Shown piece by piece: positions 1-8,613 of a stretch of DNA of 64,000 nucleotides. Each line of letters opens with the position of its first letter. Positions within the stretch are counted from its first letter, which is position 1. The position numbers were made by a program, and so were the translations under genes. The stretch lies in contig OZ255842.1 of assembly GCA_965277805.1 (NCBI GenBank), forward strand, positions 3,840,001-3,904,000, written 5' to 3'. Source of the DNA: Candidatus Lustribacter sp. (lineage in GTDB: Bacteria > Vulcanimicrobiota > Vulcanimicrobiia > Vulcanimicrobiales > Vulcanimicrobiaceae). The notes below the pieces were generated by a model. The model was not told the DNA's origin. It was given only the letters and a program-made list of their open reading frames with translations, and made no database searches.

Positions 1-431
1 TACACGTCGATGTCGAAGCTGCCGACTTGAATGCTGCCGCTCAGATAGGGCGGCATCCGTACCGGCTGGTTGACGGAACCCCAGATGAACGTTACCGCCG
101 CCACCGACATCGACACGATGCCGACCGTCAGCATGATCTGATACAGTTGCGAGACGTTGTAGAAACGCCGGAACAGCACCCGTTCGAGCACCCCCGCGAA
201 GAGCGCGGTCACGAGCGCGGCCACCGGCAGCGTGACCAGGAACGGCCAGCCGTAGCTGTTCATCAGCGTCACCGCAACGTAGCCACCGAGCATCGCAAAC
301 GCGGCGTGCGCGAGGTTCGCAAACCGCATCAAACCTTGCGTTACCGCAAGGCCGGCCGACATCAGGAACAGCAGCACGCCGTACGCGACGCCGGAGAAAA
401 CGATGTAGAGAAGGTTGCCGACGTAGTTCAT
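1..431 (-). CDS. Branched-chain amino acid ABC transporter permease (LivH-like), runs off the window edge
   Basis: Manual translation from ATG at 431: MNYVGNLLYIVFSGVAYGVLLFLMSAGLAVTQGLMRFANLAHAAFAMLGGY, a LivH-type N-terminus. ATGA overlap with the binding-protein stop. Confidence 0.88.
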   Translation of the reverse strand, partial: MNYVGNLLYIVFSGVAYGVLLFLMSAGLAVTQGLMRFANLAHAAFAMLGGYVAVTLMNSYGWPFLVTLPVAALVTALFAGVLERVLFRRFYNVSQLYQIMLTVGIVSMSVAAVTFIWGSVNQPVRMPPYLSGSIQVGSFDIDV

Positions 432-1606
432 GGATGCTCGCTCGGATCCTTAACCATCGGGTAGGTGTCGATCTCGGTGTTCACGAGCTGACCGCCTTTG
501 AGTTCGGTTTTTCGGATGTACACGTTCTGCACGATATCGCGCGTGTCGGGATCGATCGCGATCGGACCGCGCGGGCTCTCGAATTTGAGCTGCTTCACGA
601 GCTCCATCGTCTTATCCGGATCGATCTGACCCTTCTGCGCGGCGAGCACCTTGTACATCGCTTGGAACGCGTCGTACGTCCCGACCCCGCCGAACGTCGG
701 CGGCAAGCCGCCGGACTGCGCTTTGAACGCCGCGACGAAATCGCGATTCATTTTCGAATCATGCGCGCCGGAGTAGTTCATCGTGCTGATCACGCCGATC
801 GCCGCATCGCCGATCGCCGGCAGCACTTGTTCGGTGAGCAGATCGCCCGAGCAAAAAATCTTGATCCCGGCTTTATCGAAGCCGGCGGCCTTCGCTTGTT
901 TGAGGAACGCCGTGCCGGAACCGCTGGCGTTGAGGAAGATGTACACGCCGTCGGGATGCGCGTCTTTCATGCGCTGCAGGTAGGCCGAAAAATCTTCGGC
1001 GTTCACCGGCACGCGGATTTCGCCGGCCACTTTGCCGCCGGCCGCCGTGAACGTGTTCTCGAACGTTTGTCCCGAGTCGATCCCCGGACCGTAGTCCATG
1101 AAGATGACGTACATGTTGCGCATGCCGATCTTGTAGGCATATTGCGCCAACGGCACCGTGACTTGTGTGGCGGTCATGCTGTAGCGGCTCATGTAGGGGT
1201 TCTTGGCCATGATGCCCGAGGTCGTGGCGTTGACGACGAACACCGGCATCTTGGCTTGCGTCGAAACGCCGCCGACCGCAATGGCATTGGGCGTGAAGAT
1301 CAAGCCGGCGAGAAGGTCGACGTGCTGCTGCACGATCAGTTCTTGCGCGAGCCGCTTCGCGTTGTCGGGCGCGATGCCGCCGTCGTCGCGTTCGATGATC
1401 TCGACTTTGCGGCCGTTGATCGTATCGCCGTGCTGCTTCTGGAAGAGCGCGACCACGTCGTTGAATTCTTTGCCTGCCGTGCCGCCGGCGCCGGAGAACG
1501 AATAGACGACGCCGATTCTGATCGGCGCTTGCTGTCCGAGGACCGCATCGCCGCCGAGCAGCAGCATCGCGAACGCCAAAATAACGGCAAAGCGACATCG
1601 ATTCAT
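428..1606 (-). CDS. ABC transporter substrate-binding protein (LivK/Peripla_BP_6 family, possibly aromatic-acid binding)
   Basis: Signal peptide MNRCRFAVILAFAMLLLGGDAVLG, IRIGVVYSFSG, ERDD and FESPRGP motifs. ATG at 1606 overlaps the LysR TAA. Confidence 0.9.
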   Translation of the reverse strand: MNRCRFAVILAFAMLLLGGDAVLGQQAPIRIGVVYSFSGAGGTAGKEFNDVVALFQKQHGDTINGRKVEIIERDDGGIAPDNAKRLAQELIVQQHVDLLAGLIFTPNAIAVGGVSTQAKMPVFVVNATTSGIMAKNPYMSRYSMTATQVTVPLAQYAYKIGMRNMYVIFMDYGPGIDSGQTFENTFTAAGGKVAGEIRVPVNAEDFSAYLQRMKDAHPDGVYIFLNASGSGTAFLKQAKAAGFDKAGIKIFCSGDLLTEQVLPAIGDAAIGVISTMNYSGAHDSKMNRDFVAAFKAQSGGLPPTFGGVGTYDAFQAMYKVLAAQKGQIDPDKTMELVKQLKFESPRGPIAIDPDTRDIVQNVYIRKTELKGGQLVNTEIDTYPMVKDPSEHP

Positions 1607-2577
1607 TACGCCGATCCTCCGGGAACCGCGGCCGTGGTGGCCCGTGTGATTGGGGAGACGGAAATTTTCTTCCTGTCCGCGGGCGGACGCCGGTCGCGAT
1701 GTTGCAGCGTCTCGACCAGGAAGTCGCGGAACCTCGCCGTCGCCTGCGGCAGGTAGCGCCCGCGCGCCCACGAGATGCCGAAGGTTCGGAAGCAGCGCGG
1801 CGTGCGAACGGCGAGCGAGGCGGCGTTGACGTCGGCGCTCGGTCCGAGCTTCGGTACGAGCGCAACGCCGAAGCCCGCGCCGACGAGACCCCGCAGCGTC
1901 GCGACCTCTTCGCCTTCGAACGCGATCTCGGGCGCGAAGCCCGCTTCGCGGCACAGGTCGTCGACCGTCTGGCGCAGTCCGTAGCCGGGCTTGAGCGCGA
2001 TGAACGGGTCGCCGGCCAATTCGATCAGGTCGGCCATTTCGCGGCCGGCCAGCCGATGGGTATCGGGAACGAGCGCGACCAGCTCCTCGTCCCAGAGCGG
2101 CAGCCATTCGATCGCCGCATCGGCGAAACGCGGCGATGAGAGGCAGAGGTCGATCTCGCCGCTCATCAGGCGCTGCTGCAAGAGCGGACCGGGACCTTGA
2201 AGCAGCCGGAACTCGGCATCGGGATCGCCGGCGCGAAAGCGCCGGATCGCATCGGGCACCGTGCGGACGCCGAGCGTTGCGTAAAAGCCGAGCGCGATCG
2301 GCCGCGTGCGCCGCGTCTCCGAGAGATCGTGCAGTTCGCGCCGGGCGTCTTCCAGCTCGGCGATCACCCGTTCGACGCGCCGCGCCAGCGCGCGACCGCT
2401 CGCCGTGATGCGGATGCCGCGGCCGTCACGCTCGAAGAGCGCCACCCCGTAATACTGCTCGAGACGCGCGATGCTCCGGCTCAAGGCCGGCTGCGAAATC
2501 GCGAGCACGTCCGCGGCCCGGCCGAAGTGCTCTTCCTTTGCAGCGGCGGCAAAGTAGCGCAACGCGTCGATATCCAT
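1606..2577 (-). CDS. LysR family transcriptional regulator
   Basis: LysR HTH (LRYF..HFGRAADVLAISQPALSRSIARLE..LFER) plus substrate-binding domain. Confidence 0.95.
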   Translation of the reverse strand: MDIDALRYFAAAAKEEHFGRAADVLAISQPALSRSIARLEQYYGVALFERDGRGIRITASGRALARRVERVIAELEDARRELHDLSETRRTRPIALGFYATLGVRTVPDAIRRFRAGDPDAEFRLLQGPGPLLQQRLMSGEIDLCLSSPRFADAAIEWLPLWDEELVALVPDTHRLAGREMADLIELAGDPFIALKPGYGLRQTVDDLCREAGFAPEIAFEGEEVATLRGLVGAGFGVALVPKLGPSADVNAASLAVRTPRCFRTFGISWARGRYLPQATARFRDFLVETLQHRDRRPPADRKKISVSPITRATTAAVPGGSA

Positions 2578-2588
2578 GTTGAACTCTC

Positions 2589-2603
2589 ATGTGCCTAGCG
2601 CAT
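2589..2603. promoter_or_regulatory. Putative LysR binding box (T-N11-A)
   Basis: ATGTGCCTAGCGCAT, an interrupted palindrome in the divergent LysR/amidohydrolase spacer. Confidence 0.45.
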
Positions 2604-2683
2604 AAGGACCGCCACGAATCATAACCGCTGCGCACCGATATTGCAAGAAGGTTCCACCACGGCGGCACGCGCATCGAGGGGCG

Positions 2684-3631
2684 ATGCGACTCGACGTGCA
2701 CGCGCACTATTTTTCCAAAGAATACGTAGCGCTCTTGGAGAGCTACGGCTTCGGCGCCGACCGGCTCGAACCGGGATACCGGCTGCTGCACCAAACGCGT
2801 GAGGCCGATTTCGCGGAACGTTTCGCCGCGATGGACCGGGCCCACGTCGACAAGCAGATCCTCTCCGTGTCCGGCGTCTCGCCCTACACGCTCGAAGAGA
2901 AGCACGCGGTCGAGGGTTCGCGTTTCGCAAACGACCTCTACACCGCGCTCGCGCGCGAAATGCCGGCGCGCTTCGCCGCGTTCGCCATCCTGCCGATGCC
3001 CCACGTGAAAGCGGCGCTCGCGGAACTCGCCCGCGCGCTCGACGAACTCGACATGTGGGGCGTCACAATGAACACGTCCATTTTGGGCACGAGCCTTGCC
3101 GATCCGTCGTTCGATCCGATTTACGCGGAACTCGACAAACGCAGCGCCGTGCTGTTCATCCATCCGGCGGGACTCGCGTGCGGCTCGGCCGAGCTCGTTA
3201 CCACCGGCCTCGCCTGGCCGCTCGGCGCGCCGTTCGAGGACTCGATGGCGATCCTCGAACTCTTGCAGGGCGGCTTCACCCAGCGCTTTCCGCGCGTGCG
3301 CGTGATCGTGCCGCATCTCGGCGGAACGTTGCCGTTCCTCATTCAGCGGCTCGATCACATGGCCGGACGCTTCATGGCCGGCAAGGGCGTGCCGCGCGAA
3401 GAGCTGAGCAAATTCTGGTACGACACCGTCAACGGCTACCCGCCGTCGTTACGGCTCGCCATCGAAACGTTCGGGCTCAAGAAGATCGTATTCGGCACCG
3501 ACTGGCCGTTCTGGAAAGGCGAAGCGCATCAGCTCGCGGCCGACTTCGTCACGCAGTCGGGACTCAGCGACGCGGATACCGACGCGATCTTTTCCGGCAA
3601 CGCCCGCGCGCTCTTCGGCGACCGGATCTAG
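2684..3631 (+). CDS. Amidohydrolase_2 family protein (ACMSD/aromatic acid decarboxylase-like)
   Basis: DVHAH, FIHP, PHLGG, YDT and FGTDWPF motifs. Confidence 0.9.
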   Translation: MRLDVHAHYFSKEYVALLESYGFGADRLEPGYRLLHQTREADFAERFAAMDRAHVDKQILSVSGVSPYTLEEKHAVEGSRFANDLYTALAREMPARFAAFAILPMPHVKAALAELARALDELDMWGVTMNTSILGTSLADPSFDPIYAELDKRSAVLFIHPAGLACGSAELVTTGLAWPLGAPFEDSMAILELLQGGFTQRFPRVRVIVPHLGGTLPFLIQRLDHMAGRFMAGKGVPREELSKFWYDTVNGYPPSLRLAIETFGLKKIVFGTDWPFWKGEAHQLAADFVTQSGLSDADTDAIFSGNARALFGDRI

Positions 3632-5148
3632 CGGGCGACTCCGGCGACGTAGCCGCCGCGCGCGGCGGTGTCGAGGACGAGCCCCCGAATCGCGGCGATG
3701 ACGCGCTCGAACGTCGGCCGGCGATAGGCGAAGTGTTCGTCCGGTGCCGGCGGAAAGACCGCCATCGTGGCGTTCGATTCGTAGAGCAGAATGTTGCCGG
3801 CGGTGTCGCGTCCGAAGTCGATGCCGCCATAATCGAGCGCCATCGTTGCGGCGATCGCTTCGAGCGACGCCATACCGCGCGCGCCGAGCACCGCCGGCAT
3901 ATCGGCCAGAAAAGCCGCTTCTTCCGCGCGATGATCTGCGCGGTCCGCCATATCGGCGGAAAAGTAGTGCACTTTCCAGTGCGGTGAGATCGCCAAGTGC
4001 AGCGGATAGAGTTTGCCGCCGATGAACAGCACGCGATACTTGCGGTACATCTCGTCGGCGCCGCGGCCATCCACGTATGCGATCACGAGCAGTTCGAGAC
4101 CAGGCAGCGTATCGCGCACCGCATCCAGCGCGAGCGGCGTCTGCACCCAGGAAAAATGATTGCCGGTATGATGACCGGGCGAACGCAGCAAGAGCGGAAA
4201 CGTGAAGCCGCGCTTGATCAATTCGTCAGACGTTACGGCGTGGCGCGGCAGCACGAGCGTGCGCGGCGTGATGACGCCCGGGATTTCGGCCAGGCGTTGC
4301 GTAACACTCGCACGGCTCGTGGCGAGCACCGCGTCGGGCTGATTGATCACCGGCGCGCCCGAACGTGCCACGATTTCGCGCGCGACCCGCAACGGTTCGA
4401 GCGACCGGTCGACATCGCCGATGCCGTTGAACACGACGTGATGCGGCGGCAGCTCGAGCCACGGCTGATAGCCTTCGGCGACGAGGGTGTACAGCCGCAC
4501 GACGTTGTTATCGAAGAACGGGTGCGTCACCATGTTGCCGCCGTGTGCGGCCAGGAGCAGCAGGACGTCGACCGGTTCCGTCTTCCCGAAATACGGCGAC
4601 ACCAGCACGATCGGTTTCACGAATGCCAACTGGCGGTGCTTGAGCGCCGAATCGTGATCGCCGGTGTGCCGGTAGAACTCGGAGAGCGCGAAGTGCAGGT
4701 TCGAGTGATCGGAACGTACGCGCAGGCCGGCGCGATACGTCGACTCGGCCGCGGCGTTCTCGCCGTCTTCGAATAAAATATTGCCGAGGTTGACGTAGCC
4801 CATCGGCTCCTCGGGATGTTCGACCACGGCCTTGGTGTAGAGCGCGCGCGCGACGACGTATTGCTGGTGCATGTGCAGCAGCGAACCGAGGTTGGTCAAC
4901 GCGCCGAAATTCACCGGGTCGCGCTTGAGGACGTCGGCGTAGGCGTACTTGGCGGCATCGTAGCGCGCGAGATCTTCTAAGCAACAGGCGCGGGCAAAGC
5001 GCAGCTTGACGTCGTCGGGGTGGGCTTCGATCAGCGCATCGATGCGCGTCAGCGCTTCTTCCCCGGCGAAGGGCTGCGCGCTGACACGCATCGACTGCGT
5101 GACGTGACGCGGCACCGGTTCTGGCGATCCGGCGGTCTCGGGTTCCAT
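3628..5148 (-). CDS. TPR-repeat protein with C-terminal RimK-like ATP-grasp domain
   Basis: N-terminal TPRs (ALTNLGSLL, YVNLGNIL). C-terminal VINQP, FPLLLRS, RKYRV, DYGGIDF and YESN ATP-grasp motifs. Confidence 0.8.
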   Translation of the reverse strand: MEPETAGSPEPVPRHVTQSMRVSAQPFAGEEALTRIDALIEAHPDDVKLRFARACCLEDLARYDAAKYAYADVLKRDPVNFGALTNLGSLLHMHQQYVVARALYTKAVVEHPEEPMGYVNLGNILFEDGENAAAESTYRAGLRVRSDHSNLHFALSEFYRHTGDHDSALKHRQLAFVKPIVLVSPYFGKTEPVDVLLLLAAHGGNMVTHPFFDNNVVRLYTLVAEGYQPWLELPPHHVVFNGIGDVDRSLEPLRVAREIVARSGAPVINQPDAVLATSRASVTQRLAEIPGVITPRTLVLPRHAVTSDELIKRGFTFPLLLRSPGHHTGNHFSWVQTPLALDAVRDTLPGLELLVIAYVDGRGADEMYRKYRVLFIGGKLYPLHLAISPHWKVHYFSADMADRADHRAEEAAFLADMPAVLGARGMASLEAIAATMALDYGGIDFGRDTAGNILLYESNATMAVFPPAPDEHFAYRRPTFERVIAAIRGLVLDTAARGGYVAGVAR

Positions 5149-5180
5149 CAATTGATCATCGGCGCCCGGAGGCGCCGGGA

Positions 5181-5540
5181 TTACGCGTCGAGCGAGCGGG
5201 CGCCCGTAAAGGTGAAGATCGGTTCGCGTTCACCGGAGAAGAACGCCATCATGTCCGAGACCATCGCCCGGCAGCTGTCCACCGTCATCTGGTAGCGGCG
5301 TTCGGCCGTGCGGCGGTAGATCGCGGAAACCTGCTCACCGCTGACGCCGTCGAGCGTGGGCGCATCGACGAACGTTGCCATGGCGGCGCCGTCCGCTTGC
5401 TGAGCCACGATGATCGTTTGCCCTTCGTAGGACCAGTGCACCACGTTGCCGTCACGCCAGAGCGTGAGGTTGTCGCCGAAACTGGAAAAGAGCGGCGCGG
5501 CCGCAGCGGCAAGACTTGAGGAGGACGAGGCACTGATCAC
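5181..5540 (-). CDS. Hypothetical protein (~119 aa)
   Basis: GTG at 5540 preceded by AGGA and a TAAGCT -10-like hexamer; protein-like composition. Confidence 0.6.
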   Translation of the reverse strand: MISASSSSSLAAAAAPLFSSFGDNLTLWRDGNVVHWSYEGQTIIVAQQADGAAMATFVDAPTLDGVSGEQVSAIYRRTAERRYQMTVDSCRAMVSDMMAFFSGEREPIFTFTGARSLDA

Positions 5541-5608
5541 GTTCCTAAGCTTACGGCCTGGGAACGGCCGGAGCACCGGCCACGTGGTTAGCCTAAAGGC
5601 CCAAAAAC

Positions 5609-5660
5609 TAGAAAACGGTCGCATCCGCCCGATAGGGTGGAGACGGCCGTTCTTCTATTT
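5609..5660. terminator. Long imperfect hairpin, probable bidirectional terminator or structured RNA
   Basis: TAGAA AACGGTCG CA TCC GCCC GATA GGGT GGA GA CGGCCGTT C TTCTA, with T-runs flanking on both strands. Confidence 0.55.
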
Positions 5661-5674
5661 ACCGGGGGCGGCGC

Positions 5675-5932
5675 TCAGCGAAGGTGCTGGGCGATCGTCT
5701 CGCCGACGATTTCGGGCGCGCCGGCCGGTTGCTGAAAGGCAACCGACATTTTCTCGCCGTTATCGAAGGTGATCGTGGCAGCCGATTCGCTGCTGTCCAG
5801 CGAGGCGACGACGTCGCCGGCATTGCTGACCCAGTGCGCGGAGTCCCACGACAGTTCTTGCGTGCGGACTTGGCGGCCGAGGCGGGCGTGGACCTGATCG
5901 TTAACCGAGTCGATCCATTGATCGAAATTCAT
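5675..5932 (-). CDS. Hypothetical protein (85 aa)
   Basis: ATG at 5932 with AGGAG RBS; MNFDQWIDSVNDQVHARLG... Confidence 0.7.
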   Translation of the reverse strand: MNFDQWIDSVNDQVHARLGRQVRTQELSWDSAHWVSNAGDVVASLDSSESAATITFDNGEKMSVAFQQPAGAPEIVGETIAQHLR

Positions 5933-6002
5933 CTCTACTCCTGAGATCGTTGTCCCTTTGGACAAGACCATCGCAAGCATACAACCGCTCCTGGCCAATT
6001 GC

Positions 6003-6023
6003 AAGACCCAAGTGGGTCTTTTT
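6003..6023 (+). terminator. Hairpin plus T-tract upstream of the toxin gene (terminator or operator)
   Basis: AAGACCC-AAGT-GGGTCTT followed by TTT. Confidence 0.4.
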
Positions 6024-6122
6024 CGTGTATTTGCTATCCAGATGGATAACACGTGAGGCGCGTCACCGGGAGCGAGCGACATTGGTCGGATGCAAAGCCT
6101 CATTTAGATAACGTTTTGCCCC

Positions 6123-6911
6123 TTGCGAACGTTGCTGCCCGTCGTGAAGGGCCGGCGCTATGGAAGCCATCCCGTGATCCAGGCGGTCGGGACCCGCTCT
6201 CCGGTGCCGTCCACTCAAGCCACCTTGACTGTGCGTTTGGCCGATTGGCCATCCGTACAGTTGCCGGCGGACGCCATCGCGCCGGCGCGACCCCAGCCGG
6301 CCGTCGGGCCGCTCGCGCCGGCCGCCCCGGTCGTGCGGCACGTCCCGGCCGGGCCCGCGGTGGCTTTACGGACGAGCCCGGCGGCAGCGGCCCGGATCGC
6401 CGCCGGCCTCCACCAGATCCGCACCGTCGACGGCCGGCCGCTAGCGTACCCGAGCCAGGATCTGCGGGCGATCGAATCGGCCGACCCGCACGAGCACGGC
6501 CAGACGCACGGCCTGACCGAGCACGTCGGCAACGACCTGGCGGCCGACATCCGGCGCCTGCAAGACGAGCCGCAGATCCGGGCCGCCGGCGGCTATACAG
6601 ATGAAGCATGTGCGCAGCTGGCCACCGATCGCACGATCGCGAACCCGGCGAACCAGCGCGCCATCGCCGCCTTCCTCGCCGATCCCGAGCGCTTGAGGAC
6701 GGCGCTCGAGCGGGTCGATGCCGGCCGGACGGTCGGCACGACGGCCACCCGCGCCGATCTGGAAGCTGGACGACCGGTGCTCATCCCGGGACGAACCGCG
6801 ACGGTCGTCCTCATCAAAGACCGCACCTTTCCCGAAGGCTACCGCGTGCTCACCACCTATCCGGATACCCGGCCCGCCGAGGTCGATGCCCGAGGGAGTC
6901 GCCAACAATGA
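6123..6911 (+). CDS. Putative RNase A-fold toxin (bacterial CdiA-CT RNase A domain), start uncertain (TTG 6123 or GTG 6144/6174)
   Basis: C-terminal ~135 aa: DL..IE..HGLTEHVG..IRRL..P.IRAAGGY.D..A..VVL..GYRVLTTYP. Pro/Ala-rich N-terminus. Confidence 0.78.
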   Translation: MRTLLPVVKGRRYGSHPVIQAVGTRSPVPSTQATLTVRLADWPSVQLPADAIAPARPQPAVGPLAPAAPVVRHVPAGPAVALRTSPAAAARIAAGLHQIRTVDGRPLAYPSQDLRAIESADPHEHGQTHGLTEHVGNDLAADIRRLQDEPQIRAAGGYTDEACAQLATDRTIANPANQRAIAAFLADPERLRTALERVDAGRTVGTTATRADLEAGRPVLIPGRTATVVLIKDRTFPEGYRVLTTYPDTRPAEVDARGSRQQ

Positions 6912-7204
6912 TCCACGTGGAAACCGCCGTCTATCCCGAACTGCGCCAGCTCTTCGGCGCCTACCTCAACGCCGAGTTCGCCGCGCAGTACGGCACCGTC
7001 GCCGCGGCGCTCGCGGCCTATGTGCGCGAAACGGGTCCGGGCCACCGCGCGGCGGCCTGCGCCGAACTGGATCGCCTTACCGCCGCGCCGGGCGCGCTCA
7101 CGCGGCTGGATGCCGCGCTGACGGCGCTCGGCTGCGAAGTTGCGCTGGCGAATGCCGGCGAGGCTTGGGGGTTAGCGGCGACGATTAGGCGCGCAATCAG
7201 TTGA
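6908..7204 (+). CDS. Putative CdiI-type immunity protein (98 aa)
   Basis: ATGA overlap with the toxin. YPELRQLFGAYLNAEF..YG..AAY..ELDRL resembles the CdiI_2 (Ykris-type) pattern. Confidence 0.75.
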   Translation: MIHVETAVYPELRQLFGAYLNAEFAAQYGTVAAALAAYVRETGPGHRAAACAELDRLTAAPGALTRLDAALTALGCEVALANAGEAWGLAATIRRAIS

Positions 7205-7718
7205 TGTTTTGCGCCGCCAGCATCGACGTGTCGACGTAGCCGGTTTCGCCGTATTTGCCGACCAGCTCTTGGATGCGCGCCATGATCGCGTCGGGCGGCT
7301 GCGTGAGATCGAGCGCGTCGAGAAACGGTTGCCGCGCGGTCAGACCCGTCGGCCAGTACACTTCGCAACGGTTCCCTTCGGGATCGTAGAAGTAGATGCC
7401 GACGGCGTTGCCGTGCGTCACGACCATGTCGAACGGCACGCGATGCGCTTTGAAACGCGAGTAGAACTGCAGCACGTCGGCGAGTGTGTTGCAGCGGAAT
7501 GAGATCTGCTGCAACATCAGCGCGCCGTTCGGCACGTCGCGGCCGCGCATCAACACCAGTTCGTGGTGTTCGTGATCGGGCTGCGCGCTGAGAAACACCA
7601 TGCCCGCTTCGTGATCCTCGTCGGTGACGGTCAGCCCGAGAACGTCCCGGTAAAACGCCTGTTCGCCCTCGAGGTCGTGACAATGAATGCCCACGTGACC
7701 AAGCTTCGCTATTCCCAT
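7197..7718 (-). CDS. VOC/glyoxalase family protein (catechol dioxygenase-like)
   Basis: LGHVGIHC, FYRDVLGL, HHEL and IYFYDPEGNRCEVY motifs; ATG at 7718. Confidence 0.88.
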   Translation of the reverse strand: MGIAKLGHVGIHCHDLEGEQAFYRDVLGLTVTDEDHEAGMVFLSAQPDHEHHELVLMRGRDVPNGALMLQQISFRCNTLADVLQFYSRFKAHRVPFDMVVTHGNAVGIYFYDPEGNRCEVYWPTGLTARQPFLDALDLTQPPDAIMARIQELVGKYGETGYVDTSMLAAQNIN

Positions 7719-7752
7719 GGACGGGGCTACGTCCAGTGCGGCGGAGCGACCT

Positions 7753-8475
7753 TCAGAGCAGCGCGGCCCCGAACGCAAGCTTGCACGCCTCGTAACATTC
7801 GCAGGCCGCCGCGTTGAGCAGCGCGCGGTCGAGCACGGCGACCGCGCCGCGCTGATACGAGATCGCGCCCAGCGCCTGCAACGCCTCGGCCGCCTCCGAA
7901 ACGCTCGCCCGGCGCACGCCGAGCATGATGGCCAGGAACTCGTGCGTGAGCACGAAGCCGGCACCGCCGACGCGGTCGTGCGTCATCGAGAACCAGCGCG
8001 CGCAGCGCTGCTGGATCGAATGCTTGACGTTGCACGCAGCGAACTGCTGCGCGCTGAACAACGTGGCGCGCACGTTGCGCCGAATGCCGCTCGCGAACGA
8101 CGTACTGGCGGCCATGCGCGCTTCGAACCGTCCGAGCGACATGCGCCGCACCGAACCGCGCACCTGACAGAACGACGTACGCTGCGCGAATTTCGAATCG
8201 AGCGCCGCGTCGGATTCGGCGAAGCTTTCGTTGCCGACCGTTCCCACTTCGACGTCATCGCCGTTCTCGAGCGTCGCGACCACCGAAAGCACGGCGTCGA
8301 TCGGAAAGTCGACGAAGCCGATCGGGGCCCCGGCGACGTGCGTGCTGTCATGCGCTTCGAGCACGACGATCGTAAGGTCGCCCTCGAGATCGACACGATC
8401 GCTCAACGGCAACGAGTCCAACAACCGGTTTCCTGACACAAAGGACGGTGCGGGGGGCGCCTGGCCGTGTTGCAC
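7753..8475 (-). CDS. Crp/Fnr family transcriptional regulator (start approximate)
   Basis: NRLLDSLP, EVGTVGNE, ACNVKHSIQQRCARW and LTHEFLAIMLGVRRASVS HTH. Confidence 0.9.
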   Translation of the reverse strand: MQHGQAPPAPSFVSGNRLLDSLPLSDRVDLEGDLTIVVLEAHDSTHVAGAPIGFVDFPIDAVLSVVATLENGDDVEVGTVGNESFAESDAALDSKFAQRTSFCQVRGSVRRMSLGRFEARMAASTSFASGIRRNVRATLFSAQQFAACNVKHSIQQRCARWFSMTHDRVGGAGFVLTHEFLAIMLGVRRASVSEAAEALQALGAISYQRGAVAVLDRALLNAAACECYEACKLAFGAALL

Positions 8476-8613
8476 GGCATTCCGATCAGTAAAACGCGCA
8501 CGTGGCAAAGTGCCGAAATGCGGACGTCTTGGGTGACTCACTATAGCACACCCGATGCGCCCAGCGCGCATATGCCGCGTTTTGCGCTTGCGTTGGTCAG
8601 GCCGGCGACGGCC

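Noticed and set aside
3628-5540. ATP-grasp RiPP (graspetide) cluster
   Set aside because: Adjacent small ORFs lack repeated core motifs, and no peptidase or transporter is present.
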